64,000 bases of DNA, from the NCBI GenBank assembly GCA_964016885.1, contig CAXHJY010000096.1, forward strand, positions 62,001-126,000, read 5' to 3'. Made by a program: the position numbers and the translations under genes. Source of the stretch: Eledone cirrhosa (Eukaryota). Of this stretch, positions 24,201 through 39,129 are shown one piece after another. Numbering within the stretch: the first letter of the stretch is position 1; every line of letters starts with the position of its first letter. The notes under the pieces are model-generated. The model worked only from the letters and a program-made list of their open reading frames with translations. It did no database searches and was not told where the DNA came from.

Positions 24201-27200
24201 AAAAATCAGGCGGAGATAATTTGTAAAAAAAAATCAGGGGGAGATAATTTGTAAAAAAAAATCAGGGGGAGATAATTTGTAAAAAAAAATCAAGGGGAGA
24301 TAATTTTCAGCCGTCCAAGGGGAGATAATTTCCCGCCAGCCAAGGGAAGATAATATTTAAAAAAATCAGGCGGAGATAATTTGGAAAAAAATCAGGGGGA
24401 GATAATTTGTAAAAAAAAAATCAGGGGGAGATAATTTGTAAAAAAAATCAGGGGGAGATAATTTGTAAGAAAAAATCAGGGGTAGATAATTTGTAAAAAA
24501 AATCAGGGGCAGATAATTTGTAAAAAAAAATCAGGGGGAGATAATTTGTAAAAAAAATGAAAGGGGAGATAATATCCAGCCGTCCAAGGGGAGATAATCT
24601 CCAGCCGTCCAAGGGGAGATAATTTCCAGCCGTCCAAGGGGAGATAATTTCCATCCTTCCAAGGGGATATAATTTCCAGCCGTTCAAGGGGAGATAATTT
24701 CCCGCCAGCCAAGGGAAGATAATTTTTAAAAAAATCAGGCGGAGATTGTAAAAAAAATCAGGGGGGAGATAATTTGTAAAAAAATCAGGGGGAGATAATT
24801 TGTAAAAAAAAATCAGGGGGAGATAATTTGTAAAAAATAATCAGGGGGAGATAATTTGTAAAAAAAAATCAAGGGGAGATAATTTCCAGCCGTCCAAGGG
24901 GAGATAATTTCCCGCCAGCCAAGGGAAGATAATATTTAAAAAAATTAGGCGGAGATAATTTGTAAAAAAATCAGGGGGAGATAATTTGTAAAAAAATCAG
25001 GGGGAGATAATTTGTAAAAAAAATCAGGGGGAGATAATTTGTAAAAAAAATCATGGGGAGATAATTTGTAAAAAAAAATCAGGGGTAGATAATTTGTAAA
25101 AAAGATCAAGGGGAGATAATTTCCAGCCGTCCAAGGAGAGATAATTTTAAAAAAAATCAGGCGGAGATAATTTGTAAAAAAAAATCAGGGGGAGATAATT
25201 TGTAAAAAATAATCAGGGGGAGATAATTTCCAGCCGTCCAAGGGGAGATAATTTTCAGCCGTCCAAGGGGAGATAATTTCCCGCCAGCCAAGGGAAGATA
25301 ATATTTAAAAAAATTAGGCGGAGATAATTTGTAAAAAAAATCAGGGGGAGATAATTTGTAAAAAAAATCAGGGGGAGATAATTTGTAAAAAAAATCAGGG
25401 GTAGATAATTTGTAAAAAAAAATCAGGGGGAGATAATTTGTAAAAAAAATCAAGGGGAGATAATTTCCAGCCGTCCAAGGAGAGATAATTTTAAAAAAAA
25501 TCAGGCGGAGATAATTTGTAAAAAAAAATCAGGGGGAGATAATTTGTAAAAAAAAATCAGGGGGAGATAATTTGTAAAAAAAATCAAGGGGAGATAATTT
25601 CCAGCCGTCCAAGGGGAGATAATTTTCAGCCGTCCAAGGGGAGATAATTTCCCGCCAGCCAAGGGAAGATAATATTTAAAAAAATCAGGCGGAGATAATT
25701 TATAAAAAAAATCAGGGGGAGATAATTTGTAAAAAAATCAGGGGGAGATAATTTGTAAAAAAAAAATCAGGGGGAGATAATTTGTAAAAAAAATCAGAGG
25801 GAGATAATTTGTAAAAAAAAATCAGGGGTAGATAATTTGTAAAAAAAAATCAGGGGGAGATAATTTGTAAAAAAAAATCAGGGGGAGATAATTTGTAAAA
25901 AATAATCAGGGGGAGATAATTTGTAAAAAAAATCAAGGGGAGATAATTTCCAGCCGTCCAAGGGGAGATAATTTTCAGCCGTCCAAGGGGAGATAATTTC
26001 CCGCCAGCCAAGGGAAGATAATATTTAAAAAAATTAGGCGGAGATAATTTGTAAAAAAAATCAGGGGGAGATAATTTGTAAAAAAATCAGGGGGAGATAA
26101 TTTGTAAAAAAAATCAGGGGGAGATAATTTGTAAAAAAAATCAGGGGGGAGATAATTTGTAAAAAAAAATCAGGGGTAGATAATTTGTAAAAAAAAATCA
26201 GGGGGAGATAATTTGTAAAAAAAATCAAGGGGAGATAATTTCCAGCCGTCGAAGGGAAGATAATTTCCAGCCCTCCAAGGGGCTATAATTTCCAGCGTCC
26301 AAGGGGAGATAATTTCCAGCCAGCGAAGGGGAGATAATTTTTTTTAAAAAATCATTGGGAGATTTGTAAAAAAATCAGGGGGAGATAATTTGTAAAAAAA
26401 ATCAAGGAGAGATAATTTCCAGCCGTCCAAGGGGAGGTAATATCTAGCCGTCCAAGGGGAGATAATTTCCAGCCGTCCAAGGGGAGATAATTTCCAGCCG
26501 TCCAAGGGTAGATAATATCCAGCCGTCCAAGGACATATTTTCCAGCCGTCCAAGGAGAGGTAATTTCTAGCCGTCCAAGGGGAGATAAATTCCAGCCTCC
26601 AAGGGGAGATAATTTCCAGCCAGCCAAGGGGAGATAATTTGTAAAAAAATCAGGGGGAGATAATTTGTAAAAAAAAATCAGGGGGAGATAATTTGTAAAA
26701 AAAAATCAGGGGGAGATAATTTGTAAAAAAAAATCAGGGGGAGATAATTTGTAAAAAAAATCAGGGGGAGATAATTTGTAAAAAAAATCAGGGGTAGATA
26801 ATTTGTAAAAAAAAATCAGGGGGAGATAATTTGTAAAAAAAAATCAGGGGGAGATAATTTGTAAAAAAAATCAAGGGGAGATAATTTCCAGCCGTCCAAG
26901 GAGAGATAATTTAAAAAAAAATCAGGCGGAGATAATTTGTAAAAAAAAATCAGGGGGAGATAATTTGTAAAAAAAAATCAGGGGGAGATAATTTGTAAAA
27001 AAAATCAAGGGGAGATAATTTCCAGCCGTCCAAGGGGAGATAATTTTCAGCCGTCCAAGGGGAGATAATTTCCCGCCAGCCAAGGGAAGATAATATTTAA
27101 AAAAATCAGGCGGAGATAATTTATAAAAAAAATCAGGGGGAGATAATTTGTAAAAAAATCAGGGGGAGATAATTTGTAAAAAAAAAATCAGGGGGAGATA

Positions 27201-30200
27201 ATTTGTAAAAAAAATCAGGGGGAGATAATTTGTAAAAAAAAATCAGGGGTAGATAATTTGTAAAAAAAAATCAGGGGGAGATAATTTGTAAAAAAAATCA
27301 GGGGGAGATAATTTGTAAAAAAAAATCAGGGGTAGATAATTTGTAAAAAAAAATCAGGGGGAGATAATTTGTAAAAAAAATCAAGGGGAGATAATTTCCA
27401 GCCGTCCAAGGGAAGATAATTTCCAGCCCTCCAAGGGGCTATAATTTCCAGCGTCGAAGGGGAGATAATTTCCAGCCAGCGAAGGGGAGATAATTTTTTA
27501 TAAAATATCATTGGGAGATTTGTAAAAAAAATCAGGGGGAGATAATTTGTAAAAAAAATCAAGGGGAGATAATTTCCAGCCGTCCAAGGGGAGGTAATAT
27601 CTAGCCGTCCAAGGGGAGATAATTTCCAGCCGTCCAAGGGGAGATAATTTCCAGCCGTCCAAGGGTAGATAATATCCAGCCGTCCAAGGACATATTTTCC
27701 AGCCGTCCAAGGAGAGGTAATTTCTAGCCGTCCAAGGGGAGATAAATTCCAGCCTCCAAGGGGAGATAATTTCCAGCCAGCCAAGGGGAGATATTTTGTA
27801 AAAAAATCAGGGGGAGATAATTTGTAAAAAAAATCAGGGGGAGATAATTTGTAAAAAAAAATCAGGGGGAGATAATTTGCAAAAAAAAATCAGGGGGAGA
27901 TAATTTGTAAAAAAAAATCAGGGGGAGATAATTTGTAAAAAAAATCAAGGGGAGATAATTTCCAGCCGTCCAAGGGGAGATAATTTTCAGCCGTCCAAGG
28001 GGAGATAATTTCCCGCCAGCCAAGGGAAGATAATATTTAAAAAAATCAGGCGGAGATAATTTGTAAAAAAAATCAGGGGGAGATAATTTGTAAAAAATTC
28101 AGGGGGAGATAATTTGTAAAAAAAAAATCAGGGGGAGATAATTTGTAAAAAAAATCAGGGGGAGATAATTTGTAAAAAAAAATCAGGGGTAGATAATTTG
28201 TAAAAAAAATCAGGGGGAGATAATTTGTAAAAAAAATGAAAGGGGAGATAATATCCAGCCGTCCAAGGGGAGATAATTTCCAGCCGTCCAAGGGGAGATA
28301 ATTTCCAGCCGTCCAAGGGGAGATAATTTCCATCCTTCCAAGGGGATATAATTTCCAGCCGTCCAAGGGGAGATAATTTCCCGCCAGCCAAGGGAAGATA
28401 ATTTTTTAAAAAATCAGGCGGAGATTGTAAAAAAAATCAGGGGGGAGATAATTTGTAAAAAAATCAGGGGGAGATAATTTGTAAAAAAAAAATCAGGGGG
28501 AGATAATTTGTAAAAAAAAATCAGGGGGAGATAATTTGTAAAAAAAAATCAGGGGGAGATAATTTGTAAAAAAAATTAGGCGTAGATAATTTGTAAAAAA
28601 AAATCAGGGGGAGATAATTTGTAAAAAAAAATCAGGGGGAGATAATTTGTTTAAAAAATCAAGGGGAGATAATTTGCAGCCGTCCAAGGGGAGATAATTT
28701 TCAGCCGTCCAAGGAGAGGTAATTTCTAGCCGTTCAAGGGGAGATAATTTCCAGCCGTCCAAGGGGAAATAATTTCCAGCCGTCCAAGGGGAGATAATTT
28801 TTTTTAAAAAATCAGGCGGAGATAATTTGTAAAAAAAATCAGGGGGAGATAATTCGTAAAAAAAAATCAGGGGGAGATAATTTGTAAAAAAAAATCAGGG
28901 GGAGATAATTTGTAAAAAAAATCAAGGGGAGATAATTTCCAGCCGTCCAAGGGGAGGTAATATCTAGCCGTCCAAGGGGAGATAATTTCCAGCCGTCCAA
29001 GGGGAGATAATTTTTTTTAAAAAATCAGGCGGAGATAATTTGTAAAAAAAATCAGGGGTAGATAATTTGTAAACAAAATCAGGGGGAGATAATTTGTAAA
29101 AAAAAATCAGGGGGAGATAATTTGTAAAAAAAATTAGGCGTAGATAATTTGTAAAAAAAAATCAGGGGGAGATAATTTGTAAAAAAAAATCAGAGGGAGA
29201 TAATTTGTTTAAAAAATCAAGGGGAGATAATTTGCAGCCGTCCAAGGGGAGATAATTTTCAGCCGTCCAAGGAGAGGTAATTTCTAGCCGTTCAAGGGGA
29301 GATAATTTCCAGCCGTCCAAGGGGAGATAATTTCCAGCCGTCCAAGGGGAGATAATTTTTTTTAAAAAATCAGGCGGAGATAATTTGTAAAAAAAAATCA
29401 GGGGGAGATAATTCGTAAAAAAAAATCAGGGGGAGATAATTTGTAAAAAAAATCAAGGAGAGATAATTTCCAGCCGTCCAAGGGGAGATAATTTCCAGCC
29501 GTCCAAGGAGACATATTTTCCAGCCGTCCAAGGCGAGGTAATTTCTAGCCGTCCAAGGGGAGATAAATTCCAGCCTCCAAGGGGAGATAATTTCCAGCCA
29601 GCCAAGTGGAGATAATTTGTAAAAAAATCAGGGGGAGATAATTTGTAAAAAATATCAGGGAGATAATTTGTAAAAAAAAATCAGGGGGAGATAATTTGTA
29701 AAAAAAATCAGGGGGAGATAATTTGTAAAAAAAAATCAGGGGGAGATAATTTGTAAAAAAAATCAAGGGGTGATAATTTCCAGCCGTCCAAGGGGAGATA
29801 ATTTTCAGCCGTCCAAGGGGAGATAATTTCCCGCCAGCCAAGGGAAGATAATTTCTAAAAAAATCAGGCGGAGATTGTAAAAAAAATCAGGGGGGAGATA
29901 ATTTGTAAAAAAATCAGGGGGAGATAATTTGTAAAAAATAATCAGAGGGAGATAATTTGTAAAAAAATTCAAGGGGAGATAATTTCCAGCCGTCCAAGGG
30001 AAGATAATTTCCCGCCAGCCAAGGGAAGATAATATTTAAAAAAATTAGGCGGAGATAATTTGTAAAAAAATCAGGGGGAGATAATTTGTAAAAAATAATC
30101 AGAGGGAGATAATTTGTAAAAAAAATCAAGGGGAGATAATATCCAGCCGTCCAAGGAGAGATAATTTTTAAAAAAAATGAGGCGGAGATAATTTGTAAAA

Positions 30201-33200
30201 AAAAAATCAGGGGGAGTTAATTTGTAAAAAAAAATGAGGGGGAGATAATTTGTAAAAAAAATCAAGGGGAGATAATTTCCAGCCGTCCAAGGGGAGATAA
30301 TTTTCAGCCGTCCAAGGAGAGGTAATTTCTAGCCGTCGAAGGGGAGATAATTTCCAGCCGTCCAAGGGGAGGTCATTTCCAGCCGTCCAAGGGGAGATAA
30401 TTTTTTAAAAAAAATCAGGCGGAGATAATTTGTAAAAAAAATCAAGGGGATATAATTTGCAGCCGTCCAAGGGGAGATAATTTTCAGTCGTCCAAGGAGA
30501 GGTAATTTCTAGCCGTCCAAGGGGAGATAATTTCCAGCCGTCCAAGGGGAGATAATTTCCAGCCGTCCAAGGGGAGATAATTTTTTTTAAAAAATCAGGC
30601 GGAGATAATTTGTAAAAAAAATCAGGGGGAGATAATTTGTAAAAAAAAATCAGGGGGAGATAATTTGTAAAAAAAATTAGGCGTAGATAATTTGTAAAAA
30701 AAAATCAGGGGGAGATAATTTGTAAAAAAAAATCAGGGGGAGATAATTTGTTTAAAAAATCAAGGGGAGATAATTTGCAGCCGTCCAAGGGGAGATAATT
30801 TTCAGCCGTCCAAGGAGACGTAATTTCTAGCCGTTCAAGGGGAGATAATTTCCAGCCGTCCAAGGGGAGATAATTTCCAGCCGTCCAAGGGGAGATAATT
30901 TTTTTTAAAAAATCAGGCGGAGATAATTTGTAAAAAAAAATCAGGGGGAGATAATTCGTAAAAAAAAATCAGGGGGAGATAATTTGTAAAAAAAAATCAG
31001 GGGGAGATAATTTGTAAAAAAAATCAAGGGGAGATAATTTCCAGCCGTCCAAGGGGAGGTAATATCTAGCCGTCCAAGGGGAGATAATTTCCAGCCGTCC
31101 AAGAGGAGATAATTTCCAGCCGTCCAAGGGGAGATAATTTCCAGCCGTCCAAGGAGACATATTTTCCAGCCGTCCAAGGCGAGGTAATTTCTAGCCGTCC
31201 AAGGGGAGATAAATTCCAGCCTCCAAGGGGAGATAATTTCCAGCCAGCCAAGTGGAGATAATTTGTAAAAAAATCAGGGGGAGATAATTTGTAAAAAATA
31301 TGAGGGAGATAATTTGTAAAAAAAAATCAGGGGGAGATAATTTGTAAAAAAAATCAGGGGGAGATAATTTGTAAAAAAAAATCAGGGGGAGATAATTTGT
31401 AAAAAAAATCAAGGGGAGATAATTTCCAGCCGTCCAAGGGGAGATAATTTTCAGCCGTCCAAGGGGAGATAATTTCCCGCCAGCCAAGGGAAGATAATAT
31501 TTAAAAAAATCAGGCGGAGATAATTTGTAAAAAAAATCAGGGGGAGATAATTTGTAAAAAAATCAGGGGGAGATAATTTGTAAAAAAAAAATCAGGGGGA
31601 GATAATTTGTAAAAAAAATCAGGGGGAGATAATTTGTAAAAAAAAATCAGGGGTAGATAATTTGTAAAAAAAAATCAGGGGGAGATAATTTGTAAAAAAA
31701 AATCAGGGGGAGATAATTTGTAAAAAAAATGAAAGGGGAGATAATATCCAGCCGTCCAAGGGGAGATAATTTCCAGCCGTCCAAGGGGAGATAATTTCCA
31801 GCCGTCCAAGGGGAGATAATTTCCATCCTTCCAAGGGGATATAATTTCCAGCCGTCCAAGGGGAGATAATTTCCCGCCAGCCAAGGGAAGATAATTTTTA
31901 AAAAAATCAGGCGGAGATTGTAAAAAAATCAGGGGGGAGATAATTTGTAAAAAAATCAGGGGGAGATAATTTGTTAAAAATAATCAGGGGGAGATAATTT
32001 GTAAAAAAATTCAAGGGGAGATAATTTCCAGCCGTCCAAGGGGAGATAATTTCCCGCCAGCCAAGGGAAGATAATATTTAAAAAAATTAGGCGGAGATAA
32101 TTTGTAAAAAAAATCAGGGGGAGATAATTTGTAAAAAAATCAGGGGGAGATAATTTGTAAAAAAAATCAGGGGGAGATAATTTGTAAAAAAAATCCAGGG
32201 GAGATAATTTCCAGCCGTCCAAGGGGAGATAATTTTCAGCCGTCCAAGGGGAGATAATTTCCCGCCAGCCAAGGGAAGATAATATTTAAAAAAATCAGGC
32301 GGAGATAATTTGTAAAAAAAATCAGGGGGAGATAATTTGTAAAAAATTCAGGGGGAGATAATTTGTAAAAAAAAAATCAGAGGGAGATAATTTGTAAAAA
32401 AAATCAGGGGGAGATAATTTGTAAAAAAAATCAGGGGGAGATAATTTGTAAAAAAAATGAAAGGGGAGATAATATCCAGCCGTCCAAGGGGAGATAATTT
32501 CCAGCCGTCCAAGGGGAGATAATTTCCAGCCGTCCAAGGGGAGATAATTTCCATCCTTCCAAGGGGATATAATTTCCAGCCGTCCAAGGGGAGATAATTT
32601 CGAGCCAAGGGGAGATAATTTCCAGCCGTCCAAGGGGAGATAATTTTTTAAAAAATCAGGTGGAGATAATTTGTAAAAAAAATCAGGGGGAGATAATTTG
32701 TAAAAACAAAATCAAGGGCAGATAATTTCCAGCTGTCCAAGGGGAGATAATTTCCAGCCGTCCAAGGGGAGATAATTTCCAGCCGTCCAAGGGGAGATAA
32801 TTTCCATCCTTCCAAGGGGATATAATTTCCAGCCGTCCAAGGGGAGATAATTTCCCGCCAGCCAAGGGAAGATGATTTTTAAAAAAATCAGGCGGAGATT
32901 GTAAAAAAAATCAGGGGGGGAGATAATTTGTAAAAAAATCAGGGGGAGATAATTTGTAAAAAAAAAATCAGGGGGAGATAATTTGTAAAAAAAAATCAGG
33001 GGGAGATAATTTGTGAAAAAAAAATCAGGGGGAGATAATTTGTAAAAAAATTAGGCGTAGATAATTTGTAAAAAAAAATCAGGGGGAGATAATTTGTAAA
33101 AAAAAATCAGGGGGAGATAATTTGTTTAAAAAATCAAGGGGAGATAATTTGCAGCCGTCCAAGGGGAGATAATTTTCAGCCGTCCAAGGAGAGGTAATTT

Positions 33201-36200
33201 CTAGCCGTTCAAGGGGAGATAATTTCCAGCCGTCCAAGGGGAAATAATTTCCAGCCGTCCAAGGGGAGATAATTTTTTTAAAAAAATCAGGCGGAGATAA
33301 TTTGTAAAAAAAATCAGGGGGAGATAATTCGTAAAAAAAAATCAGGGGGAGATAATTTGTAAAAAAAAATCAGGGGGAGATAATTTGTAAAAAAAATCAA
33401 GGGGAGATAATTTCCAGCCGTCCAAGGGGAGGTAATATCTAGCCGTCCAAGGGGAGATAATTTTTAAAAAAAAATCAGGCGGAGATAATTTGTAAAAAAA
33501 ATCAAGGGGAGATAATTTGCAGCCGTCCAAGGGGAGATAATTTTCAGTCGTCCAAGGAGAGGTAATTTCTAGCCGTCCAAGGGGAGATAATTTCCAGCCG
33601 TCCAAGGGGAGATAATTTCCAGCCGTCCAAGGGGAGATAATTTTTTTTTAAAAATCAGGGGAGATAATTTGTAAAAAAAATCAGGGGGAGATAATTTTTA
33701 AAAAAAAATCAGGGGGAGATAATTTGTAAAAAAAATTAGGCGTAGATAATTTGTAAAAAATAATCAGGGGGACATAATTTGTAAAAAAAAATCAGGGGGA
33801 GATAATTTGTTTAAAAAATCAAGGGGAGATAATTTGCAGCCGTCCAAGGGGAGATAATTTTCAGCCGTCCAAGGAGAGGTAATTTCTAGCCGTTCAAGGG
33901 GAGATAATTTCCAGCCGTCCAAGGGGAGATAATTTTCAGTCGTCCAAGGAGAGGTAATTTCTAGCCGTCCAAGGGGAGATAATTTCCAGCCGTCCAAGGG
34001 GAGATAATTTCCAGCCGTCCAAGGGGACATAATTTTTTTTTAAAAAATCAGGGGGAGATAATTTGTAAAAAAAATCAGGGGGAGATAATTTGTAAAAAAA
34101 AATCAGGGGGAGATAATTTGTAAAAAAAATTAGGCGTAGATAATTTGTAAAAAAAAATCAGGGGGACATAATTTGTAAAAAAAAATCAGGGGGAGATAAT
34201 TTGTTTAAAAAATCAAGGGGAGATAATTTTCAGCCGTCCAAGGAGAGGTAATTTCTAGCCGTTCAAGGGGAGATAATTTCCAGCCGTCCAAGGGGAGATA
34301 ATTTTCAGTCGTCCAAGGAGAGGTAATTTCTAGCCGTCCAAGGGGAGATAATTTCCAGCCGTCCAAGGGGAGATAATTTCCAGCCGTCCAAGGGGAGATA
34401 ATTTTTTTTAAAAAAATCAGGGGGAGATAATTTGTAAAAAAAATGAGGGGGAGATAATTTGTAAAAAAAAATCAGGGGGAGATAATTTGTAAAAAAAATT
34501 AGGCGTAGATAATTTGTAAAAAAAAATCAGGGGGACATAATTTGTAAAAAAAAATCAGGGGGAGATAATTTGTTTAAAAAATCAAGGGGAGATAATTTGC
34601 AGCCGACCAAGGGGAGATAATTTTCAGCCGTCCAAGGAGAGGTAATTTCTAGCCGTTCAAGGGGAGATAATTTCCAGCCGTCCAAGGGGAGATAATTTCT
34701 AGCCGTCCAAGGGGAGATAATTTCCAGCCGTCCAAGGGGAGATAATTTCCAGCCGTCCAAGGGGAGATAATTTTTTTTTTAAAAATCAGGGGGAGATAAT
34801 TTGTAAAAAAAATCAGGGGGAGATAATTTGTAAAAAAAAATCAGGGGGAGATAATTTGTAAAAAAAATTAGGCGTAGATAATTTGTAAAAAAAAATCAGG
34901 GGGACATAATTTGTAAAAAAAAATCAGGGGGAGATAATTTGTTTAAAAAATCAAGGGGAGATAATTTGCAGCCGTCTAAGGGGAGATAATTTTCAGCCGT
35001 CCAAGGAGAGGTAATTTCTAGCCGTTCAAGGGGAGATAATTTCCAGCCGTCCAAGGGGAGATAATTTCCAGCCGTTCAAGGGGAGATAATTTTTTTTAAA
35101 AAATCAGGCGGAGATAATTTGTAAAAAAAAATCAGGGGGAGATAATTCGTAAAAAAAAATCAGGGGGAGATAATTTGTAAAAAAAAATCAGGGGGAGATA
35201 ATTTGTAAAAAAAATCAAGGGGAGATAATTTCCAGCCGTCCAAGGGGAGGTAATATCTAGCCGTCCAAGGGGAGATAATTTCCAGCCGTCCAAGGGGAGA
35301 TAATTTCCAGCCGTCCAAGGGGAGATAATTTCCAGCCGTCCAAGGATACATATTTTCCAGCCGTCCAAGGCGAGGTAATTTCTAGCCGTCCAAGGGGAGA
35401 TAAATTCCAGCCTCCAAGGGGAGATAATTTCCAGCCAGCCAAGGGGAGATAATTTGTAAAAAAACCAGGGGGAGATAATTTGTAAAAAATATCAGGGAGA
35501 TAATTTGTAAAAAAAAATCAGGGGGAGATAATTTGTAAAAAAAATCAGGGGGAGATAATTTGTAAAAAAAAATCAGGGGGACATAATTTGTAAAAAAAAT
35601 CAAGGGGAGATAATTTCCAGCCGTCCAAGGGGAGATAATTTTCAGCCGTCCAAGGAGAGGTAATTTCTAGCCGTCCGAGGAGAGAAAATTTCCAGCCGTC
35701 CAAGGGGAGATAATTTCCAGCCGTCCAAGGGGAGATAATTTCCAGCCGTCCAAGGAGACATATTTTCCAGCCGTCCAAGGAGAGGTAATTTCTAGCCGTC
35801 CAAGGGGAGATAAATTCCAGCCTCCAAGGGGAGATAATTTCCTGCCAGCCAAGGGGAGATAATTTGTAAAAAAATCAGGGGGAGATAATTTGCAAAAAAA
35901 ATCAGGGGGAGATAATTTGTAAAAAAAAATCAGGGGGAGATAATTTGTAAAAAATAATCATGGGGAGATAATTTCCAGCCGTCCAAGGGGAGATAATTTT
36001 CAGCCGTCCAAGGGGAGATAATTTCCCGCCAGCCAAGGGAAGATAATATTTAAAAAAATTAGGCGGAGATAATTTGTAAAAAAATCAGGGGGAGATAATT
36101 TGTAAAAAAAATCAGGGGGAGATAATTTGTAAAAAAATATCAGGGGTAGATAATTTGTAAAAAAAATCAGGGGGAGATAATTTGTAAAAAAAAATCAGGG

Positions 36201-39129
36201 GGAGATAATTTGTAAAAGAAATCAAGGGGAGATAATTTCCAGCCGTCCAAGGAGAGATAATTTAAAAAAAAAATCAGGCGGAGATAATTTGTAAAAAAAA
36301 ATCAGGGGGAGATAATTTGTAAAAAAAAATCAGGGGGAGATAATTTGTAAAAAAAAATCAAGGGGAGATAATTTCCAGTCGTCCAAGGGGAGATAATTTT
36401 CAGCCGTCCAAGGGGAGATAATTTCCCGCCAGCCAAGGGAAGATAATATTTAAAAAAATCAGGCGGAGATAATTTGGAAAAAAATCAGGGGGAGATAATT
36501 TGTAAAAAAAAAATCAGGGGGAGATAATTTGTAAAAAAAATCAGGGGGAGATAATTTGTAAGAAAAAATCAGGGGTAGATAATTTGTAAAAAAAAATCAG
36601 GGGCAGATAATTTGTAAAAAAAAATCAGGGGGAGATAATTTGTAAAAAAAATGAAAGGGGAGATAATATCCAGCCGTCCAAGGGGAGATAATTTCCAGCC
36701 GTCCAAGGGGAGATAATTTCCAGCCGTCCAAGGGGAGATAATTTCCATCCTTCCAAGGGGATATAATTTCCAGCCGTTCAAGGGAAGATAATTTCCCGCC
36801 AGCCAAGGGAAGATAATTTTTAAAAAAATCAGGCGGAGATTGTAAAAAAAATCAGGGGGGAGATAATTTGTAAAAAAATCAGGGGGAGATAATTTGTAAA
36901 AAAAAATCAGGGGGAGATAATTTGTAAAAAATAATCAGGGGGAGATAATTTGTAAAAAAAAATCAAGGGGAGATAATTTCCAGCCGTCCAAGGGGAGATA
37001 ATTTCCCGCCAGCCAAGGGAAGATAATATTTTAAAAAATTAGGCGGAGATAATTTGTAAAAAAATCAGGGGGAGATAATTTGTAAAAAAATCAGGGGGAG
37101 ATAATTTGTAAAAAAAATCAGGGGGAGATAATTTGTAAAAAAAATCATGGGGAGATAATTTGTAAAAAAAAATCAGGGGTAGATAATTTGTAAAAAAAAT
37201 CAAGGGGAGATAATTTCCAGCCGTCCAAGGAGAGATAATTTAAAAAAAAATCAGGCGGAGATAATTTGTAAAAAAAAATCAGGGGGAGATAATTTGTAAA
37301 AAATAATCAGGGGGAGATAATTTCCAGCCGTCCAAGGGGAGATAATTTTCAGCCGTCCAAGGGGAGATAATTTCCCGCCAGCCAAGGGAAGATAATATTT
37401 AAAAAAATTAGGCGGAGATAATTTGTAAAAAAAATCAGGGGGAGATAATTTGTAAAAAAAATCAGGGGGAGATAATTTGTAAAAAAAATCAGGGGTAGAT
37501 AATTTGTAAAAAAAAATCAGGGGGAGATAATTTGTAAAAAAAAATCAGGGGGAGATAATTTGTAAAAAAAATCAAGGGGAGATAATTTCCAGCCGTCCAA
37601 GGAGAGATAATTTTTAAAAAAATCAGGCGGAGATAATTTGTAAAAAAAAATCAGGGGGAGATAATTTGTAAAAAAAAATCAGGGGGAGACAATTTGTAAA
37701 AAAAATCAAGGGGAGATAATTTCCAGCCGTCCAAGGGGAGATAATTTTCAGCCGTCCAAGGGGAGATAATTTCCCGCCAGCCAAGGGAAGATAATATTTA
37801 AAAAAATCAGGCGGAGATAATTTATAAAAAAAATCAGGGGGAGATAATTTGTAAAAAAATCAGGGGGAGATAATTTGTAAAAAAAAAATCAGGGGGAGAT
37901 AATTTGTAAAAAAAATCAGGGGGAGATAATTTGTAAAAAAAAATCAGGGGTAGATAATTTGTAAAAAAAAATCAGGGGGAGATAATTTGTAAAAAAAAAT
38001 CAGGGGGAGATAATTTGTAAAAAAAATGAAAGGGGAGATAATATCCAGCCGTCCAAGGGGAGATAATTTCCAGCCGTCCAAGGGGAGATAATTTCCAGCC
38101 GTCCAAGGGGAGATAATTTCCATCCTTCCAAGGGGATATAATTTCCAGCCGTCCAAGGGGAGATAATTTCCATCCTTCCAAGGGGATATAATTTCCAGCC
38201 GTCCAAGGGGAGATAATTTTCAGCCGTCCAAGGAGAGGTAATTTCTAGCCGTCCAAGGAGAGATAATTTCCAGCCGTCCAAGGGGAGATAATTTCCAGCC
38301 GTCCAAGGGGAGATAATTTCCAGCCGTCCAAGGAGACATATTTTCCAGCCGTCCAAGGAGAGGTAATTCCTAGCCGTCCAAGGGGAGATAAATTCCAGCC
38401 TCCAAGGGGAGATAATTTCCAGCCAGCCAAGGGGAGATAATTTGTAAAAAAAATCAGGGGGAGATAATTTGTAAAAAAAATCAGGGGGAGATAATTTGTA
38501 AAAAAAAATCAGGGGGAGATAATTTGTAAAAAATAATCAGGGGGAGATAATTTGTAAAAAAAATCAAGGGGAGATAATTTCCAGCCGTCCAAGGGGAGAT
38601 AATTTTCAGCCGTCCAAGGGGAGATAATTTCCCGCCAGCCAAGGGAAGATAATATTTAAAAAAATTAGGCGGAGATAATTTGTAAAAAAAATCAGGGGGA
38701 GATAATTTGTAAAAAAATCAGGGGGAGATAATTTGTAAAAAAAATCAGGGGGAGATAATTTGTAAAAAAAAATCAGGGGGGAGATAATTTGTAAAAAAAA
38801 ATCAGGGGTAGATAATTTGTAAAAAAAAATCAGGGGGAGATAATTTGTAAAAAAAATCAAGGGGAGATAATTTCCAGCCGTCGAAGGGAAGATAATTTCC
38901 AGCCCTCCAAGGGGCTATAATTTCCAGCGTCCAAGGGGAGATAATTTCCAGCCAGCGAAGGGGAGATAATTTTTTTTAAAAAATCATTGGGAGATTTGTA
39001 AAAAAATCAGGGGGAGATAATTTGTAAAAAAAATCAAGGAGAGATAATTTCCAGCCGTCCAAGGGGAGGTAATATCTAGCCGTCCAAGGGGAGATAATTT
39101 CCAGCCGTCCAAGGGGAGATAATTTCCAG
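21206..39129 (+). repeat. Higher-order super-unit copy 2 (17,924 bp)
   Basis: Collinear with copy 1 at offsets 21205, then 21068/21067 (9873/30941, 10907/31974), then 17380 (15303/32683, 17147/34527, 19189/36569). The next copy starts 17924 bp later (22089/40013). Confidence 0.9.
38030..38428 (+). repeat. Longest run of type B monomers noticed (about 16 units of AAGGGGAGATAATTTCCAGCCGTCC variants)
   Basis: Continuous 25-bp periodicity (one 24-bp unit) with no A-tract monomer for about 400 bp. Confidence 0.9.
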
